From: Ignatzschineria sp. RMDPL8A
Lineage (GTDB): Bacteria > Pseudomonadota > Gammaproteobacteria > Cardiobacteriales > Wohlfahrtiimonadaceae
DNA: 24,000 nt
Reading direction: 5' to 3'
Assembly (NCBI RefSeq): GCF_029815055.1
Contig: NZ_JAPPWA010000001.1
Coordinates: 113,635 to 137,634, forward strand
Both the position numbers and the translations under genes were made by a program. Below the pieces are notes generated by a model. It was not told the origin of the DNA, made no database searches, and was given only the letters and a program-made list of their open reading frames with translations. This document shows positions 1 through 8,983 of the stretch, piece by piece. How positions within the stretch are numbered: position 1 is the first letter of the stretch; each line of letters opens with the position of its first letter.

Positions 1-1771
1 TCTCAATTACCGCCCCCGTTTCTTCAGTAATGGCGCGGATAGTTACCCCACCTTTACCGATTACGTCACGGATTTTGTCTGGGTTGATGCGAATGGTGGT
101 GATGCGAGGTGCAAATTCAGAGATTGAATCGCGTGATGCATCGAGCACTTTATTCATTTCACCCAAGATATGGAGACGGCCTGCTTTTGCTTGTTCAAGC
201 GCGGTTTCCATGATCTCTTTGGTGATTCCGTCGATTTTAATGTCCATTTGAAGTGCAGTGATGCCTTCGTTGGTTCCTGCAACTTTAAAGTCCATATCGC
301 CTAAGTGGTCTTCATCACCTAAGATGTCGGTAAGAACGGCGTAATCGTCGCCTTCTTTGATAAGACCCATCGCAACACCGGCTACCGGCGCTTTTAATGG
401 AACGCCCGCATCCATCAATGCAAGCGATGATCCGCACACTGACGCCATTGAGCTTGAACCGTTTGATTCAGTGATTTCTGATACAACGCGAATGGTGTAT
501 GGATACTCTTCCATGTTAGGAAGTACTGCGTGAACCCCACGTTTTGCAAGACGGCCGTGACCAATTTCACGACGTTTTGGTGAGCCTACGCGGCCAGTTT
601 CTCCAACTGAGTAGGGAGGGAAGTTGTAGTGAAGCATAAAGTTTTCTTTATATTCACCTTCAAGCGCGTCGATGATTTGTGCGTCACGCTCTGTTCCTAA
701 AGTTGCCACTACAATCGCTTGGGTTTCACCACGAGTGAAGAGTGCTGAACCGTGAGTGCGAGGTAATACCCCAACTTTCACTTCGATCGGACGAACGGTT
801 TTGGTGTCACGACCATCAATACGCGGTTCACCACGTAAGATTGATCCACGAACTACATCTGAGCTAATACGGCTCACTTCACGCACAACCTCGCTTTCAG
901 TGAAGCTATCGTCTGCATCGGTTACCAGTGCTTCAATCGCTTTTGCTTGAACCGCTGAGATCGCATCGGAACGCTCTTGTTTTACTTGAAGTTTGAATGC
1001 CGCTTCTAAGCCTGCACGCGCTTCTTTTTCAACCGCGTCAACGAGCGCTTGGTTTTTCTCAGGTTTTTCAAATGGGAACACGTCCGCATTCACTTTACCC
1101 GCTAATTCTTTAATGTTGTTGATGATCACTTGCATCGCTTCGTGACCGTGCATAACCGCACCAAGCATCACTTCTTCAGAAAGAAGGTTTGCTTCTGATT
1201 CAACCATTAATACCGCGCTTTCTGTTCCTGCTACTACAAGATCAAGATCTGAAGTTTTGAGCTCTGAAAGCGTTGGGTTTACAACGTATTCGCCATTCTG
1301 ATAGCCAACGCGCACCGCACCAATTGGGCCATTAAATGGAAGACCCGCGGTTGAAACCGCAGCAGATGCACCAATTAACGCCACAATGTCCGTTGCAATT
1401 TCAGGATTAACCGACATTACGGTTGCAATGATTTGCACTTCGTTCGTGAACGCTTCGTCAAAAAGTGGACGTACAGGACGGTCAATTAAGCGTGATACTA
1501 AGATCTCATGCTCAGAAGGACGACCTTCACGGCGGAAGAAGCCGCCTGGGATTTTACCCGCTGCATAAGTACGCTCTTGATAATCAACCGTTAACGGGAA
1601 AAAATCACGGCTTGGATCCGATGATTTTGACGCCACACAGGTAACAAATACTGTGGTGCCTTCAATATCCACCATCACTGCGCTCGTCGCTTGACGGCCG
1701 ATTTCACGGGTTTCGATCGTAACGGTACGACCGGCTAATTCAAACTCTTGTTTAATTGCTTCAAGTTTCAT
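1..1771 (-). CDS. pnp: Polynucleotide phosphorylase, first ~590 codons; the 3' end lies beyond the window start
   Basis: It is absent from the ORF track because no stop codon falls in the window. The reverse-strand ATG at 1771..1769 is preceded by AGAGG 5 nt upstream. Translation gives [50 protein letters not shown]...[48 protein letters not shown], which closely parallels the E. coli PNPase N-terminus. The frame is still open at the window edge, where it reads [19 protein letters not shown] (KH-domain GKGG motif). It lies downstream of rpsO, as in the classical rpsO-pnp operon. Confidence 0.95.
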   Translation of the reverse strand, partial: MKLEAIKQEFELAGRTVTIETREIGRQATSAVMVDIEGTTVFVTCVASKSSDPSRDFFPLTVDYQERTYAAGKIPGGFFRREGRPSEHEILVSRLIDRPVRPLFDEAFTNEVQIIATVMSVNPEIATDIVALIGASAAVSTAGLPFNGPIGAVRVGYQNGEYVVNPTLSELKTSDLDLVVAGTESAVLMVESEANLLSEEVMLGAVMHGHEAMQVIINNIKELAGKVNADVFPFEKPEKNQALVDAVEKEARAGLEAAFKLQVKQERSDAISAVQAKAIEALVTDADDSFTESEVVREVSRISSDVVRGSILRGEPRIDGRDTKTVRPIEVKVGVLPRTHGSALFTRGETQAIVVATLGTERDAQIIDALEGEYKENFMLHYNFPPYSVGETGRVGSPKRREIGHGRLAKRGVHAVLPNMEEYPYTIRVVSEITESNGSSSMASVCGSSLALMDAGVPLKAPVAGVAMGLIKEGDDYAVLTDILGDEDHLGDMDFKVAGTNEGITALQMDIKIDGITKEIMETALEQAKAGRLHILGEMNKVLDASRDSISEFAPRITTIRINPDKIRDVIGKGGVTIRAITEETGAVIE

Positions 1772-1808
1772 AGATACCTCTTTAATAACTTGTAAATTAA
1801 AGGATACA

Positions 1809-1894
1809 TAGAAGCAATTCATCTTTAGATTAGGGAACTGCTTAAAGACTAGTTAAAGTGAGCCCTTAAGCAGTGCCCCGTTTAATCGCTTCTA
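1809..1894 (-). promoter_or_regulatory. Long interrupted hairpin in the pnp 5' leader, a candidate RNase III processing / PNPase autoregulation stem
   Basis: Nested complementary segments were read directly: TAGAAGC (1809-1815) pairs with GCTTCTA (1888-1894), GATTA (1828-1832) with TAATC (1883-1887), and ACTGCTTAA (1837-1845) with TTAAGCAGT (1866-1874). The structure sits between the rpsO terminator and the pnp start, the same place as the E. coli pnp leader hairpin. Confidence 0.45.
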
Positions 1895-1915
1895 CGTACT
1901 TAAAATGATTTTAAG

Positions 1916-1945
1916 AAAAAACCCTCACCAAAGCGGAGAGGGTTT
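1916..1945 (-). terminator. Putative intrinsic terminator/attenuator downstream of rpsO
   Basis: The minus strand reads AAACCCTC-TCCGCTTTGGT-GAGGGTTT followed by TTTCTT. The GC core of the stem is only 5 bp and the loop is 11 nt, so it is probably leaky. That fits rpsO-pnp read-through. Confidence 0.55.
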
Positions 1946-2038
1946 CTTAAATTTTAGCAATAACCTCTACCCATTCCACAGAAGGAATCTTGATAAACGT
2001 TATTACAAAAGCTTCGTATCATCACGCGAACGTTAAAA

Positions 2039-2305
2039 TTAACGACGTAATGAAAGACGCTCGATTAAAGCTTGATAACGACCTAAATCTTTTGATTTTA
2101 AGTAATCAAGTAATTTACGACGTTTGTTAACCATTCTTAACATACCTTGGCGAGAATGATGATCTTTCTTATGCTCGTCAAAGTGTGCTCTTAAATCGTT
2201 AATGTTATTGGTTAAAAGTGCAACTTGTACTTCAGGTGAACCAGTGTCGCCTTCAGCGCGGGCAAATTCAGCAATAATTTCAGCTTTTTTGTCTGTTGTT
2301 AACAT
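2039..2305 (-). CDS. rpsO: 30S ribosomal protein S15 (88 aa)
   Basis: The sequence [88 protein letters not shown] is near-collinear with E. coli S15 ([19 protein letters not shown]...RKLLDYLK...ERLGLRR). The track ORF begins at a TTG at 2323. The ATG at 2305 gives the canonical length. Confidence 0.95.
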   Translation of the reverse strand: MLTTDKKAEIIAEFARAEGDTGSPEVQVALLTNNINDLRAHFDEHKKDHHSRQGMLRMVNKRRKLLDYLKSKDLGRYQALIERLSLRR

Positions 2306-2365
2306 TGTTTTTTTAAACTCCAAAAATTAAAAGTGCCAATGGCGATGACAGCATTTAAGTCCGCC

Positions 2366-2394
2366 ATTATAGTATAGTTTTTCGCGTTTGGCTA
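2366..2394 (-). promoter_or_regulatory. Candidate sigma70 promoter for rpsO
   Basis: The minus strand reads TAGCCA (rc of 2389-2394, 4/6 match to TTGACA), a 17-nt spacer, then a perfect TATAAT (rc of 2366-2371). This lies about 60 nt upstream of the rpsO ATG. Confidence 0.4.
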
Positions 2395-2413
2395 TGGCTA
2401 ATCCTGCGCAAAA

Positions 2414-2929
2414 TTAATTTGATAGCCTAAATTGATATCCAATCTCGATCCCTAAACGATCGCTCTCATTTTTCCCAAGTTCAAGCACATATTGCGCCGG
2501 CGCTTTAGAGGGGTAACTTGGGCAAGGATCGGCAATACACGGCACTGCTTTCACGATATCGACCACCACGCCCTTTCCATCAATATAGATAATATCGAGC
2601 GGAATTTTCGTGTTTTTCATCCAAAAACTGCGAGGCGCTTCTTTCGCAAAGACAAAGAGCATGCCGGCATTTTGGGGCAAGATATAGCGGTGCATTAAGC
2701 CATTCATCTGCGAACGCGAAGTGAGCGCAAGCTCCACATTGAGCGCAGCTTCGCCTGCTTGCATTTTCGCCATCGGGAGATTCGATTCAGGGTGCATTTT
2801 AAACTGATACTCAACAAAGTCCGGCAATTCAATCAATTTAGGTTTTGCTGACACAGCGCCGATAAACACCCATGCAATCAGCAACAATCCAAGCGCGACC
2901 ATCATTCGGTATCGATCATTTCTTAGCAT
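2414..2929 (-). CDS. DUF192 (COG1430) family protein with an N-terminal signal/anchor sequence
   Basis: The hydrophobic N-terminus is MMVALGLLLIAWVFIGAVSA. The core GLMHR...GMLFVF...FWMKNTKIPLDIIYID...YVLELGKN matches the DUF192 signature (GLM.R, GMLF, fWMknT.pLDi.f.d, yvLE). A GAGGAG SD lies inside the last codons of the upstream gene, and the gap is 3 nt. Confidence 0.85.
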   Translation of the reverse strand: MLRNDRYRMMVALGLLLIAWVFIGAVSAKPKLIELPDFVEYQFKMHPESNLPMAKMQAGEAALNVELALTSRSQMNGLMHRYILPQNAGMLFVFAKEAPRSFWMKNTKIPLDIIYIDGKGVVVDIVKAVPCIADPCPSYPSKAPAQYVLELGKNESDRLGIEIGYQFRLSN

Positions 2930-2932
2930 CGG

Positions 2933-4186
2933 TTACTCCTCATCATCCCCATCAAAATCGTCTTCATCATACTCTTCGTCGTCATACTCATCGTACTCAT
3001 CTTCCAGTCCTTCATAAACGAGATAGCCCTCATTTAGAAGCTGAACAAGTAGCGCGCTGGCCTCAACCTCTTTAAGATAAGGACGCAGCTGACCGGGCGA
3101 GTAGAAACGGTGACGGGTTAAGAGCGCTAATAATGGCGTAAGATCTGCGCTTACCGCAAAGGCCTCGCCCGCCACATAGAGCGTTGCCACATCCCCTTCC
3201 ACGCGATAGATAAAGGTGAGTCCGGGGTGACGTTCAATGTCCTGCTCGTCTTCTAATAATTCTTCGATAAATTCGAGATCCACGGGCTCATCAAGCGGAT
3301 AGGCTTCTTGCCCCATTTTTGGCTCCGTAATAAAACGTCCGAACCATTCGCCCACCGTTTCACGATTTAGCGGCAGATGACTTTTAAGCAATTCAAGCAC
3401 TTTATCCACCGATTGATCGGTAAGTTCGCCGCACTCTTGTTGATAGATTAAATCAGGATCGGAAAAACGCGCATCAGCCTCAATCAGCTCCATTTTCGCT
3501 GCGGCAAAATCATGGACGAGTTCTTGATCTTTCGGCGCACGGAATCCCACTGACCAAGTGATACTTTTGCCGATATTAACACCGTAATGACCAATTCTCG
3601 GAGGGAGATAAAGAAGGTCGCCCGGCTCGACAATCCACTCTTGATCCACATTGAAATCTTCAATCAAGCGAATATCAATGCCCTCAACAAAATCATCTTC
3701 CGATACCTCATCAAAGCTGATCTTCCAATGCTTTTTCCCCATGCCTTGAATAAGAAAAACATCGTAATCATCCCAATGCGCGCCGACGTTGCCTTCATCG
3801 GGCCCGAGCGTTGCTTGAAGATCATCAAAACGCCAATTGGGAATAAAATTAAAGGGGTCAGTCAAAAGACGCAGATGGGGGAGAAATTTTTCCATATCAT
3901 TGACCACCAGCATCCACTTTTTCTCGCCTAAGTGAGAAAAGGTCTCTTCCGCCAGCGGGCCTTTTCGCATCTCCCACGGGCGCACACCCCCCTCTTCCAA
4001 AATAAGGCGCGAGGGAATAAACTCCTCAAGCGAGAGACCGGCGATGGTATCGGGAGTGAGCGGGTCTTTGAAATCCGGAAATGCCCCTTTCACAAAGAGG
4101 GGTTTTTTCTGCCAATAATCGGCTAAAAATTCCCGCGGGGTGAGCCCGCCTAAATGGCGTAAAGGTTGATCCGCTCTATTTTTCAT
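2933..4186 (-). CDS. JmjC/cupin-4 ribosomal oxygenase, RoxA (YcfD)-like 50S protein uL16 arginine hydroxylase homologue, with a C-terminal poly-acidic tail
   Basis: It is collinear with E. coli YcfD as I remember it: FLADYWQKKPLFVKGAF..F.DPLTPD.IAGLS, the HWDDYDVFLIQGMGKKHW (HxD) motif, EPGDLLYLPPRIGHYG (distal His) and SVGFRAP. The Fe(II) facial triad appears intact. An AGGAG SD lies 7 nt upstream, and the start overlaps the kinase stop by 11 nt. Confidence 0.8.
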   Translation of the reverse strand: MKNRADQPLRHLGGLTPREFLADYWQKKPLFVKGAFPDFKDPLTPDTIAGLSLEEFIPSRLILEEGGVRPWEMRKGPLAEETFSHLGEKKWMLVVNDMEKFLPHLRLLTDPFNFIPNWRFDDLQATLGPDEGNVGAHWDDYDVFLIQGMGKKHWKISFDEVSEDDFVEGIDIRLIEDFNVDQEWIVEPGDLLYLPPRIGHYGVNIGKSITWSVGFRAPKDQELVHDFAAAKMELIEADARFSDPDLIYQQECGELTDQSVDKVLELLKSHLPLNRETVGEWFGRFITEPKMGQEAYPLDEPVDLEFIEELLEDEQDIERHPGLTFIYRVEGDVATLYVAGEAFAVSADLTPLLALLTRHRFYSPGQLRPYLKEVEASALLVQLLNEGYLVYEGLEDEYDEYDDEEYDEDDFDGDDEE

Positions 4187-6563
4187 GATTGTTCTCCTCT
4201 CGTTCTCGATACTCTTTAATCTCTGAAGGCGTTAAAATGGGTAGGTAGAAGAAGAATGTGGCGCCATCACCCTCTTTAGAGTGAAAGTCGATGGTGCCGC
4301 GCATCTGCTCAACCAATGCCTTCGTAATACTCAAGCCCAATCCCGTTCCTTGGGAACGATGTTGCGCTTCGTCAGCTTGAGCAAATTTCTCAAATATTTT
4401 TTTCTGGAAGGCTTCAGGAATGCCCTCGCCATAGTCGGTCACTTCAACGCGTGCATGACGTTTTGCCACCACAACGCTCACATCAATAATCGCCGTGCCA
4501 CCGCCTGTGGAAAACTTCGCCGCGTTGGAAATTAAGTTACTCATCACCTGCACTAAGCGATCATAATCACCCAATACATAGATCGGATACGGCGGCAATT
4601 TCGCGATCACTTCCGCGCCGTAGGCCTGCACATAAGCTTCATTGACTTCAACCGATTGCCCAACGAGCTCTACAAGATCGAGCGGCTCAAGTTTAAATTC
4701 AAGCGTCCCTAATTGAATGCGCTGAATGTCTAAAATATCGTTCACCAGCACTAAAAGGCGGTTACTATTGCGAAGCGCTAAGCTCAGCAGACTGCGGGTT
4801 TTTGGCGTTAATTGGCCAGCAATTCCGCTATCGATCAATTCAAGTGAGCCTTTAATGGAGGTGATCGGTGTACGCAGTTCATGAGACACGGTCGCGACAA
4901 ACTCTTGGGTGATTTTCTCTGCATGACGCTGCTCTCGAATATCGCGCACGATGCAGACAAATTTACGATTCCCGCCTTGAAGTAGGCGTGAAAACGTCAC
5001 TGAAATCGGAATCCCTTCACTGCGGGCATCGATAATCTCGCCCTCCACCTGAATTGAATCGAGCGTTCCTTTTCCGGCAAGCTCATGAAAAATATCTACA
5101 AGCGATGGGAAGGTTTGATAATTGGGGGTTTTCGGGTCTTGGCGAATCAGATCTTGTAAAAACGCCCCCTGCAAAAGTGGCATCGAACGACGATGCAAAA
5201 GTTTATCCGCCGTTTTATTATTACTGATAATGCAGCCCGACTCATCGGTGGTTAAAATCCCGATCTGTAAACTGTCAAAGAGCAGACGCAGGCCATTTTC
5301 GTTATCGCGGAGCGTCTTTTCAATCGCTTTTCGGTCGCGAATCTCTTGGGCGAGATTTTTATTCGTTTCTTCAAGCTCTTGGGTACGGAGTGCAACACGC
5401 TCTTCAAGGCGACGATTGGCTTCAACCACATCATAATGCGCAGTCATCAGCCCATAGACAAAGAGGAAGAAAAACGCAATCACAAGGGAATCGCCCATCG
5501 GCACCCACATATGAAAAAGCGAGATCGCAAGATAGGAAAAAAGTAGCAGCGTAATTAAGAAAACTACCGCTACCAGACTACTCCAAACGCCAGAGATTTT
5601 AAGACGGCGCACTAAAATCAAAATAAGCAGGAGCGCAAAGAGATTAATCACTCGCTCAAAGCCGGTGGTTACTTTAAAGACGAGCTTTTCATGGCGGAGC
5701 TCATCATAAAATTGTGCTTGTAGATCGATCGCCGTTAAATATTCAGGCTCACTCTTATCCCAACGGGAAAAGGGAACAAATTTCTCACCAAGCCCCGTTG
5801 CGGTCACCCCGACAAATACCACCTTATCGCGAAATTCCTCCGGCTCATAAACGCCTGCCAGCACATCGGCAAAGGAATAATGTTGGAAACGATTCTTTTT
5901 ACTGCCGATGTAATACGCCGTGTTTGAATCGATAAAACGGCTCGCTTGAATGCGGTTGAGGTAGATCTCGAGCGCAGGATTATCCGGATCGGTCGCCTTT
6001 AGGAGCGACACCGTTGTATGGGGATAGCGATGATCGCCATAGGTTTTATATAAAGAGAGCGAACGGACAACGCCATCGGTCTCTTTTTCAAGGGCGGCGT
6101 GGCCTGTTTTAACCACATCGTTGAAGATATTAAGCTCAAGTCCTGACGGGAAAATCAGCGACGGAAGCACCACATTTCCATTGGAGCGAAGTGCCTGATA
6201 GAGCTCGCCATCGCCAATATTGGGCTCAAGAAAGAGCACATCATAGCTGATCGCTTTGACGCCATATTCGGTGAGTGTTTGAATAAGTGCCCCATGATAA
6301 TTGCGCGGCAACGGCCAACGCCGATCGAGTGCCTGAATGGTGTGGTCATCAATCGTCACAATGGCGATATCATCCACATTGGTGGTACAGGTTTTAACTA
6401 AGGCAAAGTTATCATAGATGATGGAATTGAGGCGCTCGGAGATACGCGAGCCGGCAAACATGCCATACGCCAGTAGCAGAATCCAAAAAATAAGCAACGT
6501 GATAACCCACGCCGGCAATTGCCGGATGGGCCACCACTTATTTTCGGGAGACGCGTTCGACAT
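4176..6563 (-). CDS. Sensor histidine kinase: CHASE2 periplasmic domain, TM bundle, coiled coil, PAS, HisKA, HATPase_c; no receiver domain
   Basis: The domains read in order as follows.
- An N-terminal TM segment.
- A CHASE2 signature (IAIVTIDDHTIQALDRRWPLPRNYHGALIQTL...AISYDVLFLEP).
- About three TM helices (LFALLLILILV..., VVFLITLLLFSYLAISLF, VIAFFFLFVYGL).
- A coiled coil.
- A PAS-like segment ending VCIVRDIREQRHAEK.
- The H-box SHELRTPITSIKG, with the His codon at 4881-4883.
- The N-box SNLISNAAKFS.
- G1 DYGEGIP and G2 GTGLGLSI. Confidence 0.9.
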   Translation of the reverse strand: MSNASPENKWWPIRQLPAWVITLLIFWILLLAYGMFAGSRISERLNSIIYDNFALVKTCTTNVDDIAIVTIDDHTIQALDRRWPLPRNYHGALIQTLTEYGVKAISYDVLFLEPNIGDGELYQALRSNGNVVLPSLIFPSGLELNIFNDVVKTGHAALEKETDGVVRSLSLYKTYGDHRYPHTTVSLLKATDPDNPALEIYLNRIQASRFIDSNTAYYIGSKKNRFQHYSFADVLAGVYEPEEFRDKVVFVGVTATGLGEKFVPFSRWDKSEPEYLTAIDLQAQFYDELRHEKLVFKVTTGFERVINLFALLLILILVRRLKISGVWSSLVAVVFLITLLLFSYLAISLFHMWVPMGDSLVIAFFFLFVYGLMTAHYDVVEANRRLEERVALRTQELEETNKNLAQEIRDRKAIEKTLRDNENGLRLLFDSLQIGILTTDESGCIISNNKTADKLLHRRSMPLLQGAFLQDLIRQDPKTPNYQTFPSLVDIFHELAGKGTLDSIQVEGEIIDARSEGIPISVTFSRLLQGGNRKFVCIVRDIREQRHAEKITQEFVATVSHELRTPITSIKGSLELIDSGIAGQLTPKTRSLLSLALRNSNRLLVLVNDILDIQRIQLGTLEFKLEPLDLVELVGQSVEVNEAYVQAYGAEVIAKLPPYPIYVLGDYDRLVQVMSNLISNAAKFSTGGGTAIIDVSVVVAKRHARVEVTDYGEGIPEAFQKKIFEKFAQADEAQHRSQGTGLGLSITKALVEQMRGTIDFHSKEGDGATFFFYLPILTPSEIKEYREREENNHEK

Positions 6564-8724
6564 TGTCTAACAACCTCAAACTCCGCATGACATCCGCAAG
6601 GTGTTTACGATCGTTCACACGAATCACAAAGGCGATCTTCACGAGATCTTCGTTAATATTTTCCGATTTAAACTCTTCAAAATCGAGATTAAGCTCGGTG
6701 ATTTTGGCGCTGATGGCGGCAATTGAACCGCGTCGATTTTTCGCTAAGAGATAGAGCTGGACGGGGAAATCGCCACGCACTTCTTTACTCCACTCAAGCG
6801 GTAGCCAGCGCTCAGGATGCTTTTTAAACATCTCGATATTACTGCAATTAGTTGCGTGCATCACAAGGCCGTGACGCATACTTAAATAGCCAATAATCGG
6901 TTCGCCCGGGAGCGGATTACAGCAGGCACCGAGCGAGACTTTCATCCCCTCTGCCCCTTTAATCATCTCATTGGACACCTCTTCCCCTTCATCGCTCTCA
7001 TCGGCATCGGGGAGAAGATCGGGCGTGTAACGGAAATTGACTAAATAACGGTTGATCACATATTGCGCCGGATATTTACCGCGGCCAATGTCCATCAACA
7101 ATTGTTCTTTTGAGCCCAAGCCTAAATCATGGAGAATCGTCGCTTCCTGCTCATCGCTCAACGCGCCCTCTTTAAAGCCGCGCTCTAAAATGGCATTTTG
7201 CAAAATCGCTGATCCCGCATCTTCTGCTTCAAGATCTGAAAGATCGCCAAGATAACTACGAATGCGCGAACGGGCTCGCGCGGTAATCACATGATCGAGC
7301 CAGAGCGAGCTTGGTTTAACGCTTTTATTGGTTTTAATCTCGACGGTTTGTCCGTTACTTAAGAGATAGTCATATGCCACCTCTTGCGAATCCACGAGCG
7401 CCTTTTCAAAGGTATCGCCAATATCGGTATGAACTGCATAGGCAAAGTCGAGCGCCGTTGCCCCGCGAGGAAGCTCAATAATACGGCCTTTCGGCGTGAA
7501 GACGTAGATCTCTTTCGGGAAGAGTTCCGCTTTCATCGTCTCCATAAATTCTTCAGGCGAAGTGGTGATATCCTGAAGTTCAGTCACCACATCGAGCCAT
7601 TTCGTCGTTTTTTGGAACGCGTGGCTCTGCCCCTCATAACTCTCTTTATAACGCCAGTGCGCCGCAGCGCCCACTTCCGCCACAATGTGCATATCGCGAG
7701 TGCGAATTTGCACCTCAACGGGAAGCCCATTTGCCCCAAACACCACGGTGTGGAGGCTCTGATAGCCATTAATTTTAGGAATGGCAATATAATCTTTAAA
7801 GCCGCCAATAATCGGTTTGTAAAGCTGATGGACAATCCCTAAAACGCGGTAACAATCATCCACCGAACGCACAATGATTCGAATCGCAAAAATATCGTAG
7901 ACATAATCAAGCCCACCCTTAACGCGCATCTTTTGATAGATACTCCAAAGGTGCTTACGGCGGGTGGAAAGTCGCGATAAGATATTGCTCCGAACGAGGC
8001 GTTCATCGATGGTTTCTAAAATTTTATTGAGATTATCGTGCTGTTCAACGTCTTTTTTCTCAAGTTCATTTTTAAGCACCTCATAGCGCATCGGGTAGAG
8101 ATTCTCAAAACAGAGATTCTCAAGATAGACCTGAAGCACATACATCCCAAGGCGCGAGGCGATGGGCGCGTAAATCTCTAAAGTTTCTCGTGCAATGCGA
8201 CGTTTCTTATAGGCCGGGAGCGCGCCGAGCGTGCGCATATTATGAAGCCTATCGGCCAGTTTCACCATAATGACGCGCAGGTCCTTGGTCATCGCTAAGA
8301 CCATTTTGCGGAAGTTTTCCGCCTTCGCTTCCTCTTTCGAACGGAACCGAATTTGCGTTAATTTTGTGACGCCATCAACGATGTTCGCCACATCTTCGCC
8401 GAAATGATATTTGATCTCATCATACTCAATATCGGTATCTTCGATCACATCATGTAAAATTGCGCCCACAATGGAAGCCGCATCGATTTCGACCTCCGTT
8501 AAGATGAGCGCAACGGCGATGGGATGGAAAATATAGGGTTCACCGGACGAGCGAAATTGTTCCTGATGCGCAAATGCACCAAAGACACAGGCTCGTTTCA
8601 CCTCTTCCACATCCTCTTTCGACAAATATCGAGAGACGACGCGAATTAAGCGATTGGTTTTCTCAACAAATTCCGCTTTCCATGGAATCAGGTTTTGCGG
8701 TAATTCAACAGTTTCCATCCCCAT
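6538..8724 (-). CDS. spoT: Bifunctional (p)ppGpp synthetase/hydrolase SpoT/Rel
   Basis: The hydrolase motifs are SSGEPYIFHPIAVA...HDVIEDT and LADRLHNMRTL. The synthetase motif is DYIAIPKINGYQSLHT. A TGS region (IYVFTPKGRIIELPRGATALDFAYAVHTDIG) and a C-terminal ACT-like region are present. It lies directly downstream of rpoZ, as in the E. coli spo operon. Confidence 0.93.
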   Translation of the reverse strand: MGMETVELPQNLIPWKAEFVEKTNRLIRVVSRYLSKEDVEEVKRACVFGAFAHQEQFRSSGEPYIFHPIAVALILTEVEIDAASIVGAILHDVIEDTDIEYDEIKYHFGEDVANIVDGVTKLTQIRFRSKEEAKAENFRKMVLAMTKDLRVIMVKLADRLHNMRTLGALPAYKKRRIARETLEIYAPIASRLGMYVLQVYLENLCFENLYPMRYEVLKNELEKKDVEQHDNLNKILETIDERLVRSNILSRLSTRRKHLWSIYQKMRVKGGLDYVYDIFAIRIIVRSVDDCYRVLGIVHQLYKPIIGGFKDYIAIPKINGYQSLHTVVFGANGLPVEVQIRTRDMHIVAEVGAAAHWRYKESYEGQSHAFQKTTKWLDVVTELQDITTSPEEFMETMKAELFPKEIYVFTPKGRIIELPRGATALDFAYAVHTDIGDTFEKALVDSQEVAYDYLLSNGQTVEIKTNKSVKPSSLWLDHVITARARSRIRSYLGDLSDLEAEDAGSAILQNAILERGFKEGALSDEQEATILHDLGLGSKEQLLMDIGRGKYPAQYVINRYLVNFRYTPDLLPDADESDEGEEVSNEMIKGAEGMKVSLGACCNPLPGEPIIGYLSMRHGLVMHATNCSNIEMFKKHPERWLPLEWSKEVRGDFPVQLYLLAKNRRGSIAAISAKITELNLDFEEFKSENINEDLVKIAFVIRVNDRKHLADVMRSLRLLDNVERVSRK

Positions 8725-8740
8725 TGCGTAGCCCTTTTAC

Positions 8741-8983
8741 TTAATCAGCAAATGCAGCAGACGCAGCTTCTTCTTTTGCAAGTGCTTTGATTTCGTCAGG
8801 ACTAATTGCGCCGCCTGCGATTTCACGAAGTGCGACTACAGTCGGTTTTGCACCGTGGGGTACACCGTCGATACGAGGCTCTGCCCCATTACTAATTTGT
8901 CGTGCGCGCTTTGCCGCAACTAATACGAGTTGGAAACGGTTATCTACACGTCCTAAACAATCTTCGACCGTGACTCTTGCCAT
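8741..8983 (-). CDS. rpoZ: DNA-directed RNA polymerase subunit omega (80 aa)
   Basis: [30 protein letters not shown] is the canonical omega N-terminus. The ATG at 8983 has an AAGGAAG SD 7 nt upstream. The track ORF starts at an upstream TTG (9004), which I reject. Confidence 0.93.
   Translation of the reverse strand: MARVTVEDCLGRVDNRFQLVLVAAKRARQISNGAEPRIDGVPHGAKPTVVALREIAGGAISPDEIKALAKEEAASAAFAD

Noticed and set aside
30-1568. Three plus-strand ORFs from the track (30-251, 756-950, 1386-1568)
   Set aside because: They lie antisense to a continuous, strongly PNPase-like reading frame on the minus strand. Their translations are low-complexity (Ser/Arg/Ile-rich) with no recognisable motifs.
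2306-2323. N-terminal extensions in the track for rpsO (to 2323), rpoZ (to 9004) and birA (to 16901)
   Set aside because: The rpsO and rpoZ extensions begin at TTG codons, whereas internal ATGs give canonical N-termini (MLTTD..., MARVTVEDC...), and the rpoZ ATG has a good SD. The birA extension would run through a terminator hairpin, and its internal ATG (MTIELE...) also has a good SD.
2338-2368. Inverted repeat AATGGCG...CGCCATT upstream of rpsO, considered as an S15 autoregulatory mRNA structure
   Set aside because: The distal arm overlaps the best -10 element (TATAAT, 2366-2371), so it would not be transcribed from that promoter. I cannot evaluate a pseudoknot by eye.
3587-4126. Plus-strand ORFs of 114 aa and 64 aa
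   Set aside because: They are antisense to the well-supported RoxA-like gene and have no motifs or SD.
7384-7842. 152-aa plus-strand ORF, plus the 83-aa minus-strand alternative-frame ORF (7584-7835)
   Set aside because: They are embedded in spoT opposite or alongside the conserved synthetase domain. The Arg/Phe/His-rich composition is typical of shadow ORFs.
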